The position numbers and the translations under genes are program-made. Shown here piece after piece: positions 28,543-36,457 of a DNA stretch of 36,457 bases. The notes under the pieces were generated by a model, which was given only the letters and a program-made list of their open reading frames with translations, was not told the origin of the DNA and ran no database searches. Each line of letters begins with the position of its first letter. The stretch's first letter is position 1. Origin of the DNA: a virus (lineage: Duplodnaviria > Heunggongvirae > Uroviricota > Caudoviricetes); IMG/VR virus record IMGVR_UViG_2671180405_000008, one strand, 5' to 3'.

Positions 28543-28908
28543 TTACTTCGTCATGCCATTCAGGGTGTCGCGGCAGACTGTAGCCAGCCGCTGAATTTCC
28601 AGCACGGTGTCTTCTGTGTCGGCATGGCGATGTGTGATGCGGATGCTGTCGGCAATCACATCGACGATTGCAGAGGATGGGCGCTGGTAAATGCCAATAA
28701 CGGACGGGGTGCCACCTTCAATGCGGTAAAGCCTGTAATTTCCCTCGTGGCTGTCAATCATGTAGCGACCATCAATAACAATCTTTCCGTCAGCGAGCTG
28801 CGGTACAGGCAGGGATTTCAGGTACATGTCATAACGATCACGCACGCGAGCGGCAAGATCACGCTCTGTGTTGAGCAGGTATTCAAGAAAGTCGTTGGCG
28901 AGAATCAT
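28543..28908 (-). CDS. Hypothetical early-operon protein
   Basis: 121 aa ORF ending 7 bp before the A start. Confidence 0.4.
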   Translation of the reverse strand: MILANDFLEYLLNTERDLAARVRDRYDMYLKSLPVPQLADGKIVIDGRYMIDSHEGNYRLYRIEGGTPSVIGIYQRPSSAIVDVIADSIRITHRHADTEDTVLEIQRLATVCRDTLNGMTK

Positions 28909-29049
28909 TGCGGCAATCCTCTTGTTACAGATGTGCGAAGGCCTCCCGCCGCAAGGTGCAGGAAAGGCCCGGAACAGGAATTAATGGAGTTTGTTTTGCT
29001 GCCGGATGAGCTGCTGAAGCCCGACGTGGTTTCCGGCAGTTGGAGGTGC

Positions 29050-29295
29050 TCATGCTCTGATTTCCCTCAGTAGCTGGTTGAACATCTGGGTTAGTGGGTT
29101 GCTACACCCAAACGGCATCAGGTTTACCTGATAAGAAAAGCGACCGCCTGTTTTGCGCTCTTTTCTTGTGACTAAACCGCTGCGCCAGAGACGGCGTAGC
29201 TCCGCATTAATGGTTGTGGTTGGTGTATTCAGTGCTGCGGCGATTTCTCCACTGCTACAACCCGGATTGGCAGCGATGTAGTCCAGAATGGTCAT
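29050..29295 (-). CDS. Small putative winged-helix DNA-binding protein
   Basis: 81 aa; SSGEIAAALNTPTTTINAELRRLWRSGLV resembles a MarR/ArsR-type recognition helix region. Confidence 0.4.
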   Translation of the reverse strand: MTILDYIAANPGCSSGEIAAALNTPTTTINAELRRLWRSGLVTRKERKTGGRFSYQVNLMPFGCSNPLTQMFNQLLREIRA

Positions 29296-29546
29296 CTGCG
29301 TGACTCCTGTACCTGTCTGATAAGATTCACCTGCACCACGTTGGTGGCGCAGAAGTAAGTGCCGTCAGTGAGATAGATATGATGTGCATCCTTTTCTGAA
29401 CGGTGTTTGTCGATTGTGGTAATCAGGCGTTCGTCAACTTCGTATTCACGTCCTCTGGAGGTGAAACGAACGACAGGAAAATGCTTAATTGCCATTACGC
29501 CTCCTTGGCGTGTGCGAATACCTCCGCGAATGCGGATTGTTTTCAC
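29292..29546 (-). CDS. Hypothetical early-operon protein (start probably the internal MAIKHF methionine)
   Basis: ORF track, same strand, 4-bp overlap with the downstream gene. Confidence 0.35.
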   Translation of the reverse strand: MKTIRIRGGIRTRQGGVMAIKHFPVVRFTSRGREYEVDERLITTIDKHRSEKDAHHIYLTDGTYFCATNVVQVNLIRQVQESRR

Positions 29547-29691
29547 ATTTTCTTATTTAACCTGGGGTCTTATTTGCGCGGTTATTCTTCAGTGAAAAAG
29601 CGTTCAATCTTTTTTACTGAATTAATAATTCGCATAATCCCAATGGCGCAGACCACCGAAATAATCAGAACAAGCCATGAAATAAATATAC

Positions 29692-29937
29692 TCATGCGAT
29701 ATTTCCCAGCTTATACGGTTCAATATGTTCCCCGCATTCTGCGGCACAGATCAGCTCGGAAAGTTCGTTAAGTGCATCCAGATCATCAGCGTAAAAAGCC
29801 ACGTCATACAGACTTCGGATTGCTCTGGTCAATGAGTCACGGGCCGCACGTTCAGCATGAGCGCCTGATGCACTTAAGCGAAAATAAAAACGCTCAAGTG
29901 CTTTGTTAATGAGAGTTTTATATTCTTTGCCCATCAC
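29692..29937 (-). CDS. Hypothetical early-operon protein
   Basis: 81 aa ORF. Confidence 0.4.
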   Translation of the reverse strand: MMGKEYKTLINKALERFYFRLSASGAHAERAARDSLTRAIRSLYDVAFYADDLDALNELSELICAAECGEHIEPYKLGNIA

Positions 29938-29945
29938 AACGCCCT

Positions 29946-30233
29946 TTAATCTGCTTTCTGTATTTCAGCTTCTGAATCCATACAAATAATTTCGATATAG
30001 GGTTCATCGCCATTAACCTGGCGTGCCTTTTCATCTTCGCTGATGATTTCTCGTACGGTCTGGTACGGAAGTTCCACAAGCAGTCGCGTGCCGTTCAGAT
30101 AAACGTAAGTGGCTTCGTCGGCTCCGTTTTTACCCGCCGGAGTCACTCCGTCAATAGCGGATGCACGTAATAACAGTTCACCGCGAAAATCAATAAAACG
30201 GATAAATACACCTTGTGCATTGTCTTTGGTCAT
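29946..30233 (-). CDS. Hypothetical early-operon protein (start at internal MTKDNAQ methionine)
   Basis: ORF 29946-30347 trimmed to avoid overlap with the upstream gene. Confidence 0.4.
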   Translation of the reverse strand: MTKDNAQGVFIRFIDFRGELLLRASAIDGVTPAGKNGADEATYVYLNGTRLLVELPYQTVREIISEDEKARQVNGDEPYIEIICMDSEAEIQKAD

Positions 30234-30243
30234 AAAGCACCTG

Positions 30244-30582
30244 TTATAAATCAGCCTGTTTAATAAAACTTTGCCCGCGAAGCAGACGATCAACCGTGCG
30301 AAGTGCTTCGTATAATGTGAAATCCTGCCCGAACTGATTGTCGCCACAGCTCAGTGCAAAAATGCGGTTTCCGGTAAACGGATTGCGTGGGCATTTGTGG
30401 ATCACGATTCCAGCTTTCTCAATCAGCCAGGCGTGCTCGCCGATTTGTTTTACTGGGTAGCCATCCGGCGTTGCGTGTGTATCACTCAGGCTGTAGCGGA
30501 TGTTGCTGCGTGATGCACTGGTAGTGAAACGGTTAGCGTGGCGTTCTGTTCCGGTACAAAAATTACGGCGTTGCTTCAGCAT
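30244..30582 (-). CDS. Hypothetical early-operon protein
   Basis: 112 aa ORF. Confidence 0.35.
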   Translation of the reverse strand: MLKQRRNFCTGTERHANRFTTSASRSNIRYSLSDTHATPDGYPVKQIGEHAWLIEKAGIVIHKCPRNPFTGNRIFALSCGDNQFGQDFTLYEALRTVDRLLRGQSFIKQADL

Positions 30583-30596
30583 AAAATGACACCTCG

Positions 30597-30875
30597 TTAT
30601 TTTGTCATCTGCACGTATTTCTCTGCGTTTCTGATGGTTTTCAGGAAAATTGCGAAGAGATTTACTTTGCGTTTTGTGTTTCTTCCTTCTTGAGTAACGG
30701 GAATTACCGATCTATCAGCCTGCCTTCTTACAGCGAGAATGCTTTGATTTGTGCGTTTCGCATAATCCTCTAGGCTTTCTTCAAGTACCGGTAGCCCATG
30801 TTCATTACGGTATGGGTAGAACGCCGCCAAACGCTCAAAATCCGCTTGTTCGTATGTGTTAAGGACTTTTGCCAT
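30597..30875 (-). CDS. Putative Cox/Apl-like early regulator (first gene of the early operon, divergent from C)
   Basis: 92 aa; position equals P2 cox; weak similarity only (ILAVRR...IPV). Confidence 0.4.
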   Translation of the reverse strand: MAKVLNTYEQADFERLAAFYPYRNEHGLPVLEESLEDYAKRTNQSILAVRRQADRSVIPVTQEGRNTKRKVNLFAIFLKTIRNAEKYVQMTK

Positions 30876-30970
30876 GGTGTGATAACCTATTCAATCTGGT
30901 GCTATTTGTGGCTCTTTGTAGCGTCAAGTGGTACTCAACTGATAACCAATATAGTATTCAGGTGCACACC
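30876..30970. promoter_or_regulatory. Lysis/lysogeny switch region: divergent promoters and operators between the cox-like gene and C
   Basis: 95-bp AT-rich intergenic region with direct repeats tgataacc (30878 and 30942) and tttgtgg/tttgtag. Confidence 0.4.
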
Positions 30971-31282
30971 ATGTCAATAGAGATATCAAAGAAGCTAAAA
31001 GCAATTCGAGAATCTGAGGGGCTTAGTCAGGCAAAGTTCGCGGATTCAATAGGTATTGCGGTTGGTACGGTTAAGCAATACGAGACTGGTATTCGAGGTG
31101 TGGGAACGGAGGTTTTACTGAAAATCACAATGCACCCGGAATTTAAAAAATACACTACGTGGTTGATGAGTAACGAAACAAATGAGGCTGCTGGGCAGAT
31201 CAGTCCTTCTCTCTCCCCTGATGGGCCAGAAAACACATCGTCTTCTCAAAAATCCCGCAAGACTGGCACACAGCCCGGCTAA
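30971..31282 (+). CDS. Immunity repressor C (P2 C-like); ORF track start at 30869 is probably too far upstream
   Basis: MSIEISKKLKAIRESEGLSQAKFADSIG...MHPEFKKYTTWLMSNETNEAAGQISPSLS resembles P2 C from memory. Confidence 0.75.
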   Translation: MSIEISKKLKAIRESEGLSQAKFADSIGIAVGTVKQYETGIRGVGTEVLLKITMHPEFKKYTTWLMSNETNEAAGQISPSLSPDGPENTSSSQKSRKTGTQPG

Positions 31283-31331
31283 TCATGGAACGCTGGGGGC
31301 ATGGTGGTCTTGTAACGCTGGGGCTTCACGA

Positions 31332-32309
31332 ATGAGCATAAAATCAATTCCGGGAGGGTATCTTCTTGACATGCGTCCTGAGGGGCGTAAAGGCAAACGC
31401 ATTCGCAAAAAATTTAAAACGAAATCGGATGCAGTTTTATATGAGCGGTGGGTGCTGGCGCAACAGCATAACAATGAGTGGAAAGGAAACTCCATTGATC
31501 GCCGTCCGCTGTCAGTGCTTATTGACTTGTGGTGGAAATACCACGGCCAGCTAATGAAGTCAGGGCATAACACGCGCCTTAAATTGCTGCGCTTGAGTGA
31601 GGCAATGGATGACCCGTGCGTGCATAAACTTAATACAACGATGCTCACCGAGCTACGTGTGTCCAGGATAGAGCAGGGGATACAGCCCAGCACCATAAAT
31701 CGAGAGATTGGGGCGTTAAGCGCGATGTTTACCGCACTCATCTCATCCGGCCATTTTCTTAACGATAACCCCGTTCAAGGCCTTAAAGGAATGAAGGTTA
31801 ACGAGCGTGAAATGGGATATCTGAGTAAGTCTGAATGTGTTCAGTTGCTGGATGCACTGGCTGAAAATCCCGATGAACGGCTGGCCGTCGAAATCCTTCT
31901 GTCGACCGGGGCGCGATGGGGCGAGGTAGCGGCACTGGAGCAGCGCCGTGTTCTTCATTGTCGAATCACTTTTTCAAAAACGAAGAACAGCAAAAACCGT
32001 ACCGTTCCTATTTCTGAAAGCCTGTTTGAAAAGATCAAAAAACGGGGCGGGAAACTGGTGTTTCCGACGCTGGATTATTCATTGGTTCGCGATGTCATCA
32101 AAACGGTCGCACCTGATGTTCCTGACGGCCAGGCTGTTCATGCGCTGCGCCACACCTTCGCCAGTCATTTCATGATGAACGGCGGCAATATTCTGACGCT
32201 CCAGAAAATTCTGGGGCACGCAAAGATTCAGACAACGATGATTTATGCCCATCTTGCGCCGGATTACTTGCAGGATGCGGTGAGGTTTAATCCCTTGGGA
32301 GGAATGTAA
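31332..32309 (+). CDS. int: Tyrosine integrase (P2 Int-like); start at MSIKSIPGGY
   Basis: LSTGARWGEVAAL, HALRHTFASHFMMNGGNILTLQKILGH and MIYAHLAPDYLQDAV blocks match P2 Int closely. Confidence 0.9.
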   Translation: MSIKSIPGGYLLDMRPEGRKGKRIRKKFKTKSDAVLYERWVLAQQHNNEWKGNSIDRRPLSVLIDLWWKYHGQLMKSGHNTRLKLLRLSEAMDDPCVHKLNTTMLTELRVSRIEQGIQPSTINREIGALSAMFTALISSGHFLNDNPVQGLKGMKVNEREMGYLSKSECVQLLDALAENPDERLAVEILLSTGARWGEVAALEQRRVLHCRITFSKTKNSKNRTVPISESLFEKIKKRGGKLVFPTLDYSLVRDVIKTVAPDVPDGQAVHALRHTFASHFMMNGGNILTLQKILGHAKIQTTMIYAHLAPDYLQDAVRFNPLGGM

Positions 32310-32311
32310 CT

Positions 32312-32812
32312 ATGGAAATAAAAAAACCTACAAAAAAAGAGTTATATGACTATTTACTATCGAAATATATAGAAGATAAATGCAAAGAAGAAGCTGATGA
32401 AATCAATAAGAAGTCGATGAGTCGTGTCAAAAAACATAAAGAGCGGCTGATGGAGATTACGCCAGAAATCTTCTTCCGTTTCTTGTCTGAGAAGGGGGTC
32501 TCCAGTGTCTGCCCTTCATGTGGATCGTCGCGATTATCTGTTCCAGAAAGTATGGATCTTTGCTGGGATAAAAATAAGAAACCAGAAAATTTTAACAATC
32601 TACCCCTGGAGGAACAGAGTGAGTTAATTAAAGAGAACATAAAGCATTATGTATCTTATGCTTTTTTGGGTGATGTTAAGAGCATACCTGATATGCGCAA
32701 AACTTATTACACGCTGCATTGCCTGAATTGTGGTTACCTGAGCCTTTATCGTACGTCTGCGGTGCTGAAGTGGTTGGAGAAAGACAAAGCGCAGGATGGT
32801 GATAATGGGTAA
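32312..32812 (+). CDS. Cargo gene 1: zinc-ribbon-containing protein of unknown function
   Basis: 166 aa; CPSCG and CLNCG motifs; strongly AT-rich; GGAGGA Shine-Dalgarno 8 bp upstream; start 3 bp after the int stop. Confidence 0.5.
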   Translation: MEIKKPTKKELYDYLLSKYIEDKCKEEADEINKKSMSRVKKHKERLMEITPEIFFRFLSEKGVSSVCPSCGSSRLSVPESMDLCWDKNKKPENFNNLPLEEQSELIKENIKHYVSYAFLGDVKSIPDMRKTYYTLHCLNCGYLSLYRTSAVLKWLEKDKAQDGDNG

Positions 32813-33350
32813 TGTAGCAAGAAATCTTTTCGGTAATTCAGCAGGTAGTGTGTCGCATTCTGAGCGTGATGTGCTTTATCATGGTGGCGATGGCGGCAGT
32901 AGTGGAGGCGGAATGTCAGATAAACTTGAAAGGCGAATTGAGCGGCTCGAAGGTGATTTATCGCTAACAAGAAACGACCTTGCGACGCTTGCTGAACGCA
33001 CTACAAACCTCTCAACTAAAGCCGATGTTGGTGAGGTGAAAGGTGAACTCAAAGCAGACATAGCACATCTGAAAGGTGATCTTGAATGCGATATTGCGAA
33101 TCTGAAAGGTGAGCTTAAATCTGATACAGCTAACCTGAAAGAGCAGCTCAAATCAGACATTAACAGCCTGAAGGGTGAGCTTACCGAAGCGATGGATAAA
33201 CGCTTTGACAAGATTATGGATGAGATGAATCGGCGGTTTGACAAGGTTGATGATAATACGAAGTGGCGTTGGAGTGGCATTATTGTGCCAGTGTGCACAA
33301 CCATTTTCACAGCGGCGGTTGCTGTATTTGTTGCTAAATTTGTTGGCTGA
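32796..33350 (+). CDS. Cargo gene 2: coiled-coil protein with Gly-rich linker, tandem 11-residue repeats and a C-terminal transmembrane anchor
   Basis: 184 aa; repeats LKGDLECDIAN / LKGELKSDTAN / LKEQLKSDINS; C-terminal WSGIIVPVCTTIFTAAVAVFVAKFVG; overlaps gene 1 by 17 bp. Confidence 0.5.
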   Translation: MVIMGNVARNLFGNSAGSVSHSERDVLYHGGDGGSSGGGMSDKLERRIERLEGDLSLTRNDLATLAERTTNLSTKADVGEVKGELKADIAHLKGDLECDIANLKGELKSDTANLKEQLKSDINSLKGELTEAMDKRFDKIMDEMNRRFDKVDDNTKWRWSGIIVPVCTTIFTAAVAVFVAKFVG

Positions 33351-33459
33351 TGATCCACAAATTGACCACATCTCTGTTATTTGTTGTGGTTGGCTGTGTT
33401 TTTGTGTGTCTGTAAGTCTTTGATAATTACCTAACTTATTGATTTTTGTTTGTGTTTAT

Positions 33460-33482
33460 GGCCGCTCTGCGGCCTTTTTTCT
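33460..33482 (+). terminator. Rho-independent terminator
   Basis: ggccgctctgcggcc stem-loop followed by tttttt. Confidence 0.5.
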
Positions 33483-33542
33483 TTTCACTGTCGAAGAGTC
33501 ACCGTAAAATCAACGCCATGACACTTCAGCAGAACGGATACC

Positions 33543-34523
33543 ATGCTGACACTTGCCCGCCAACAACAGCGACAAAATATTCGCTGGTTATTATGCCTGT
33601 CAGTTTTGATGCTGCTGGCGCTTCTCTTAAGCCTTTGCGCCGGTGAACAATGGATTTCGCCAGGTGACTGGTTTACTCCTCGTGGCGAACTGTTCGTCTG
33701 GCAAATTCGCCTGCCACGTACGCTGGCTGTATTGCTGGTTGGTGCGGCGCTGGCTATATCCGGCGCTGTAATGCAGGCGTTGTTTGAAAATCCTCTGGCA
33801 GAACCTGGACTACTTGGCGTCTCTAACGGCGCAGGCGTGGGGCTTATCGCCGCGGTATTGCTTGGGCAAGGGCAACTCCCCAACTGGGCGCTAGGGCTGT
33901 GTGCGATTGCTGGCGCGCTTATCATCACTTTAATACTCTTACGTTTCGCCCGTCGTCATCTTTCGACCAGTCGGTTATTGCTGGCTGGCGTTGCATTAGG
34001 GATTATCTGTAGCGCACTAATGACGTGGGCTATCTACTTTTCCACCTCTGTTGATTTACGTCAGCTGATGTACTGGATGATGGGCGGTTTTGGCGGCGTA
34101 GACTGGCGGCAAAGCTGGCTGATGCTGGCATTGATCCCCGTGTTGTTGTGGATCTGTTGTCAGTCCAGGCCGATGAATATGTTAGCACTTGGCGAGATCT
34201 CGGCGCGGCAACTGGGTTTACCCCTGTGGTTCTGGCGCAATGTGCTGGTGGCAGCGACCGGCTGGATGGTTGGCGTCAGTGTGGCGCTGGCGGGTGCTAT
34301 CGGCTTTATTGGTCTGGTGATCCCACATATTCTTCGGTTGTGTGGTTTAACCGATCATCGCGTATTACTTCCCGGCTGCGCGCTGGCAGGGGCGAGCGCA
34401 GTGCTGCTGGCCGATATTGTAGCGCGCCTGGCATTAGCTGCCGCAGAGCTGCCTATTGGCGTGGTCACCGCAACGTTGGGTGCGCCGGTGTTTATCTGGT
34501 TATTGTTAAAAGCAGGACGTTAG
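33543..34523 (+). CDS. btuC: Vitamin B12 ABC transporter permease BtuC
   Basis: 326 aa, recognised as enterobacterial BtuC. Confidence 0.95.
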   Translation: MLTLARQQQRQNIRWLLCLSVLMLLALLLSLCAGEQWISPGDWFTPRGELFVWQIRLPRTLAVLLVGAALAISGAVMQALFENPLAEPGLLGVSNGAGVGLIAAVLLGQGQLPNWALGLCAIAGALIITLILLRFARRHLSTSRLLLAGVALGIICSALMTWAIYFSTSVDLRQLMYWMMGGFGGVDWRQSWLMLALIPVLLWICCQSRPMNMLALGEISARQLGLPLWFWRNVLVAATGWMVGVSVALAGAIGFIGLVIPHILRLCGLTDHRVLLPGCALAGASAVLLADIVARLALAAAELPIGVVTATLGAPVFIWLLLKAGR

Positions 34524-34585
34524 CCGCAAAAAGACGGTCTATGATTAAAAGCTAAGATTTTTACTGACCACACCCAGGAGAAACG

Positions 34586-35137
34586 ATGCAAGATTCCATT
34601 CTGACGACCGTAGTGAAAGATATCGACGGTGAAGTGACCACGCTGGAGAAGTACGCCGGTAATGTGCTGTTGATTGTCAATGTCGCCTCAAAGTGTGGCT
34701 TAACGCCGCAATATGAGCAGTTGGAGAATATTCAGAAAGCCTGGGCCGATCGAGGTTTTGTGGTGCTGGGATTCCCGTGCAACCAGTTTCTGGAACAAGA
34801 ACCGGGCAGCGATGAAGAGATTAAAACTTACTGTACCACCACATGGGGGGTGACGTTCCCGATGTTCAGTAAGATTGAAGTTAACGGCGAAGGACGCCAT
34901 CCGCTGTATCAAAAATTGATTGCCGCAGCGCCGACCGCAGTCGCGCCGGAAGAGAGCGGATTCTATGCCCGTATGGTCAGCAAAGGTCGTGCACCGCTGT
35001 ACCCTGATGATATTTTATGGAATTTTGAGAAATTTTTAGTTGGCAGGGACGGATTGGTCATCCAGCGTTTTTCCCCGGATATGACGCCGGAAGACCCCAT
35101 TGTGATGGAAAGCATTAAACTGGCGTTGGCAAAATAA
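34586..35137 (+). CDS. btuE: Glutathione peroxidase-family protein BtuE
   Basis: 183 aa; [10 protein letters not shown] and FPCNQF peroxidase motifs. Confidence 0.95.
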
Positions 35138-35886
35138 TGTCTATTGTGATGCAGTTACAGGATGTTGCGGAATCTACCCGCCTGGGGCCACTTTCTGGCG
35201 AGGTTCGGGCTGGGGAGATCCTGCACCTGGTGGGGCCGAATGGCGCGGGTAAGAGTACCTTACTGGCACGAATGGCCGGAATGACCAGCGGTAAGGGAAG
35301 TATTCAGTTCGCGGGGCAACCACTGGAAGCATGGTCCGCAACAAAACTCGCGCTGCATCGCGCCTATCTTTCACAACAGCAGACGCCGCCGTTTGCAATG
35401 CCGGTCTGGCACTATCTGACACTGCATCAGCACGATAAAACGCGTACCGAACTACTGAATGATGTCGCAGGGGCGCTGGCTCTTGATGACAAACTCGGAC
35501 GTAGCACCAATCAACTTTCCGGCGGTGAATGGCAACGCGTACGTCTTGCTGCGGTGGTGCTGCAAATCACACCACAAGCCAATCCCGCAGGCCAATTGCT
35601 GCTTCTTGATGAGCCGATGAACAGTCTTGATGTTGCGCAACAAAGTGCGTTAGACAAAATTCTGAGCGCTCTGTGTCAGCAAGGACTGGCGATTGTGATG
35701 AGCAGTCACGATCTCAACCACACATTGCGTCATGCGCATCGGGCGTGGTTGCTAAAAGGTGGAAAAATGCTGGCCAGTGGACGCAGAGAAGAGGTGCTCA
35801 CGCCGCCAAATCTGGCGCAGGCCTATGGGATGAATTTTCGCCGTCTGGATATCGAAGGTCACAGAATGCTGATTTCGACCATCTGA
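35137..35886 (+). CDS. btuD: Vitamin B12 ABC transporter ATP-binding protein BtuD
   Basis: 249 aa; Walker [10 protein letters not shown], signature LSGGEWQR. Confidence 0.95.
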
Positions 35887-35963
35887 TTTCATTAGTATCT
35901 TGAAAATCGGGTAATTACGACGCTAAATTAATGCAAGAATAAAAAACAGAGGAACCGTACGGA

Positions 35964-36428
35964 ATGCGTTTCTGCCTTATTTTGATCACAGCACTGTTTC
36001 TGGCCGGGTGTAGCCACCATAAAGCACCGCTGCCAAATGCCAGACTTTCTGATTCGATTACCGTTATTGCCGGTTTGAACGACCAGCTACAAAGCTGGCA
36101 TGGCACGCCGTATCGTTATGGTGGCATGACGCGGCGCGGTGTGGACTGTTCGGGATTTGTGGTTGTAACGATGCGCGATCGTTTCGATTTGCAGCTGCCC
36201 CGAGAAACCAAAGAACAAGCCTCTATCGGCACGCAAATTGATAAAGACGAGTTGCTGCCTGGTGACCTGGTCTTTTTCAAAACGGGTTCCGGACAAAATG
36301 GTTTGCATGTAGGTATTTACGATACCAACAACCAATTTATCCACGCCTCTACCAGCAAGGGAGTGATGCGTTCCTCACTTGATAATGTCTATTGGCAGAA
36401 AAATTTCTGGCAGGCGAGACGAATCTAA
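35964..36428 (+). CDS. nlpC: NlpC/P60-family lipoprotein
   Basis: 154 aa; lipobox LFLAGCS; catalytic Cys in VDCSGF. Confidence 0.9.
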   Translation: MRFCLILITALFLAGCSHHKAPLPNARLSDSITVIAGLNDQLQSWHGTPYRYGGMTRRGVDCSGFVVVTMRDRFDLQLPRETKEQASIGTQIDKDELLPGDLVFFKTGSGQNGLHVGIYDTNNQFIHASTSKGVMRSSLDNVYWQKNFWQARRI

Positions 36429-36457
36429 ATAGCTGCGCGGAATAGTAGATCACTTTG

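Noticed and set aside
28000-29073. 357-aa ORF on the plus strand
   Set aside because: Antisense to the 5' part of replication gene A and the adjacent early gene; no motifs; the minus-strand genes have strong family resemblance
1-36457. CRISPR arrays, tRNA or rRNA genes
   Set aside because: No short regularly spaced direct repeats with unique spacers and no tRNA-like cloverleaf candidates seen; the only repeats are the 26-bp invertase sites, IS terminal repeats, the 4.1 kb duplication and coding-sequence repeats

Overview
The window is a P2-family prophage (lysogeny, replication, head, lysis and tail/baseplate modules) integrated beside the host btuC-btuE-btuD-nlpC locus, which sits at the right end (33.5-36.4 kb). 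All calls come from reading the ORF translations and the DNA by eye; no database search was run. The tail end of the prophage (0-14.6 kb) is heavily rearranged: a Gin/Hin-type invertible tail-fibre segment, two near-identical ~4.1 kb direct repeats each carrying S-V-W-J-I plus the constant part of tail-fibre gene H, a chimeric tail-fibre fragment, and an IS3-family (IS600-like) element sitting at a recombination joint. Two accessory loci look most worth follow-up. One is an AT-rich two-gene module wedged between int and the host junction (32312-33350), apparently co-transcribed with the C repressor and int; it is the best candidate for an undescribed lysogen-expressed exclusion or defence system. 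The other is a ParM/ParR-like actin segregation module with small unknown ORFs, located between the replication gene A and the portal gene where P2 carries tin/old.
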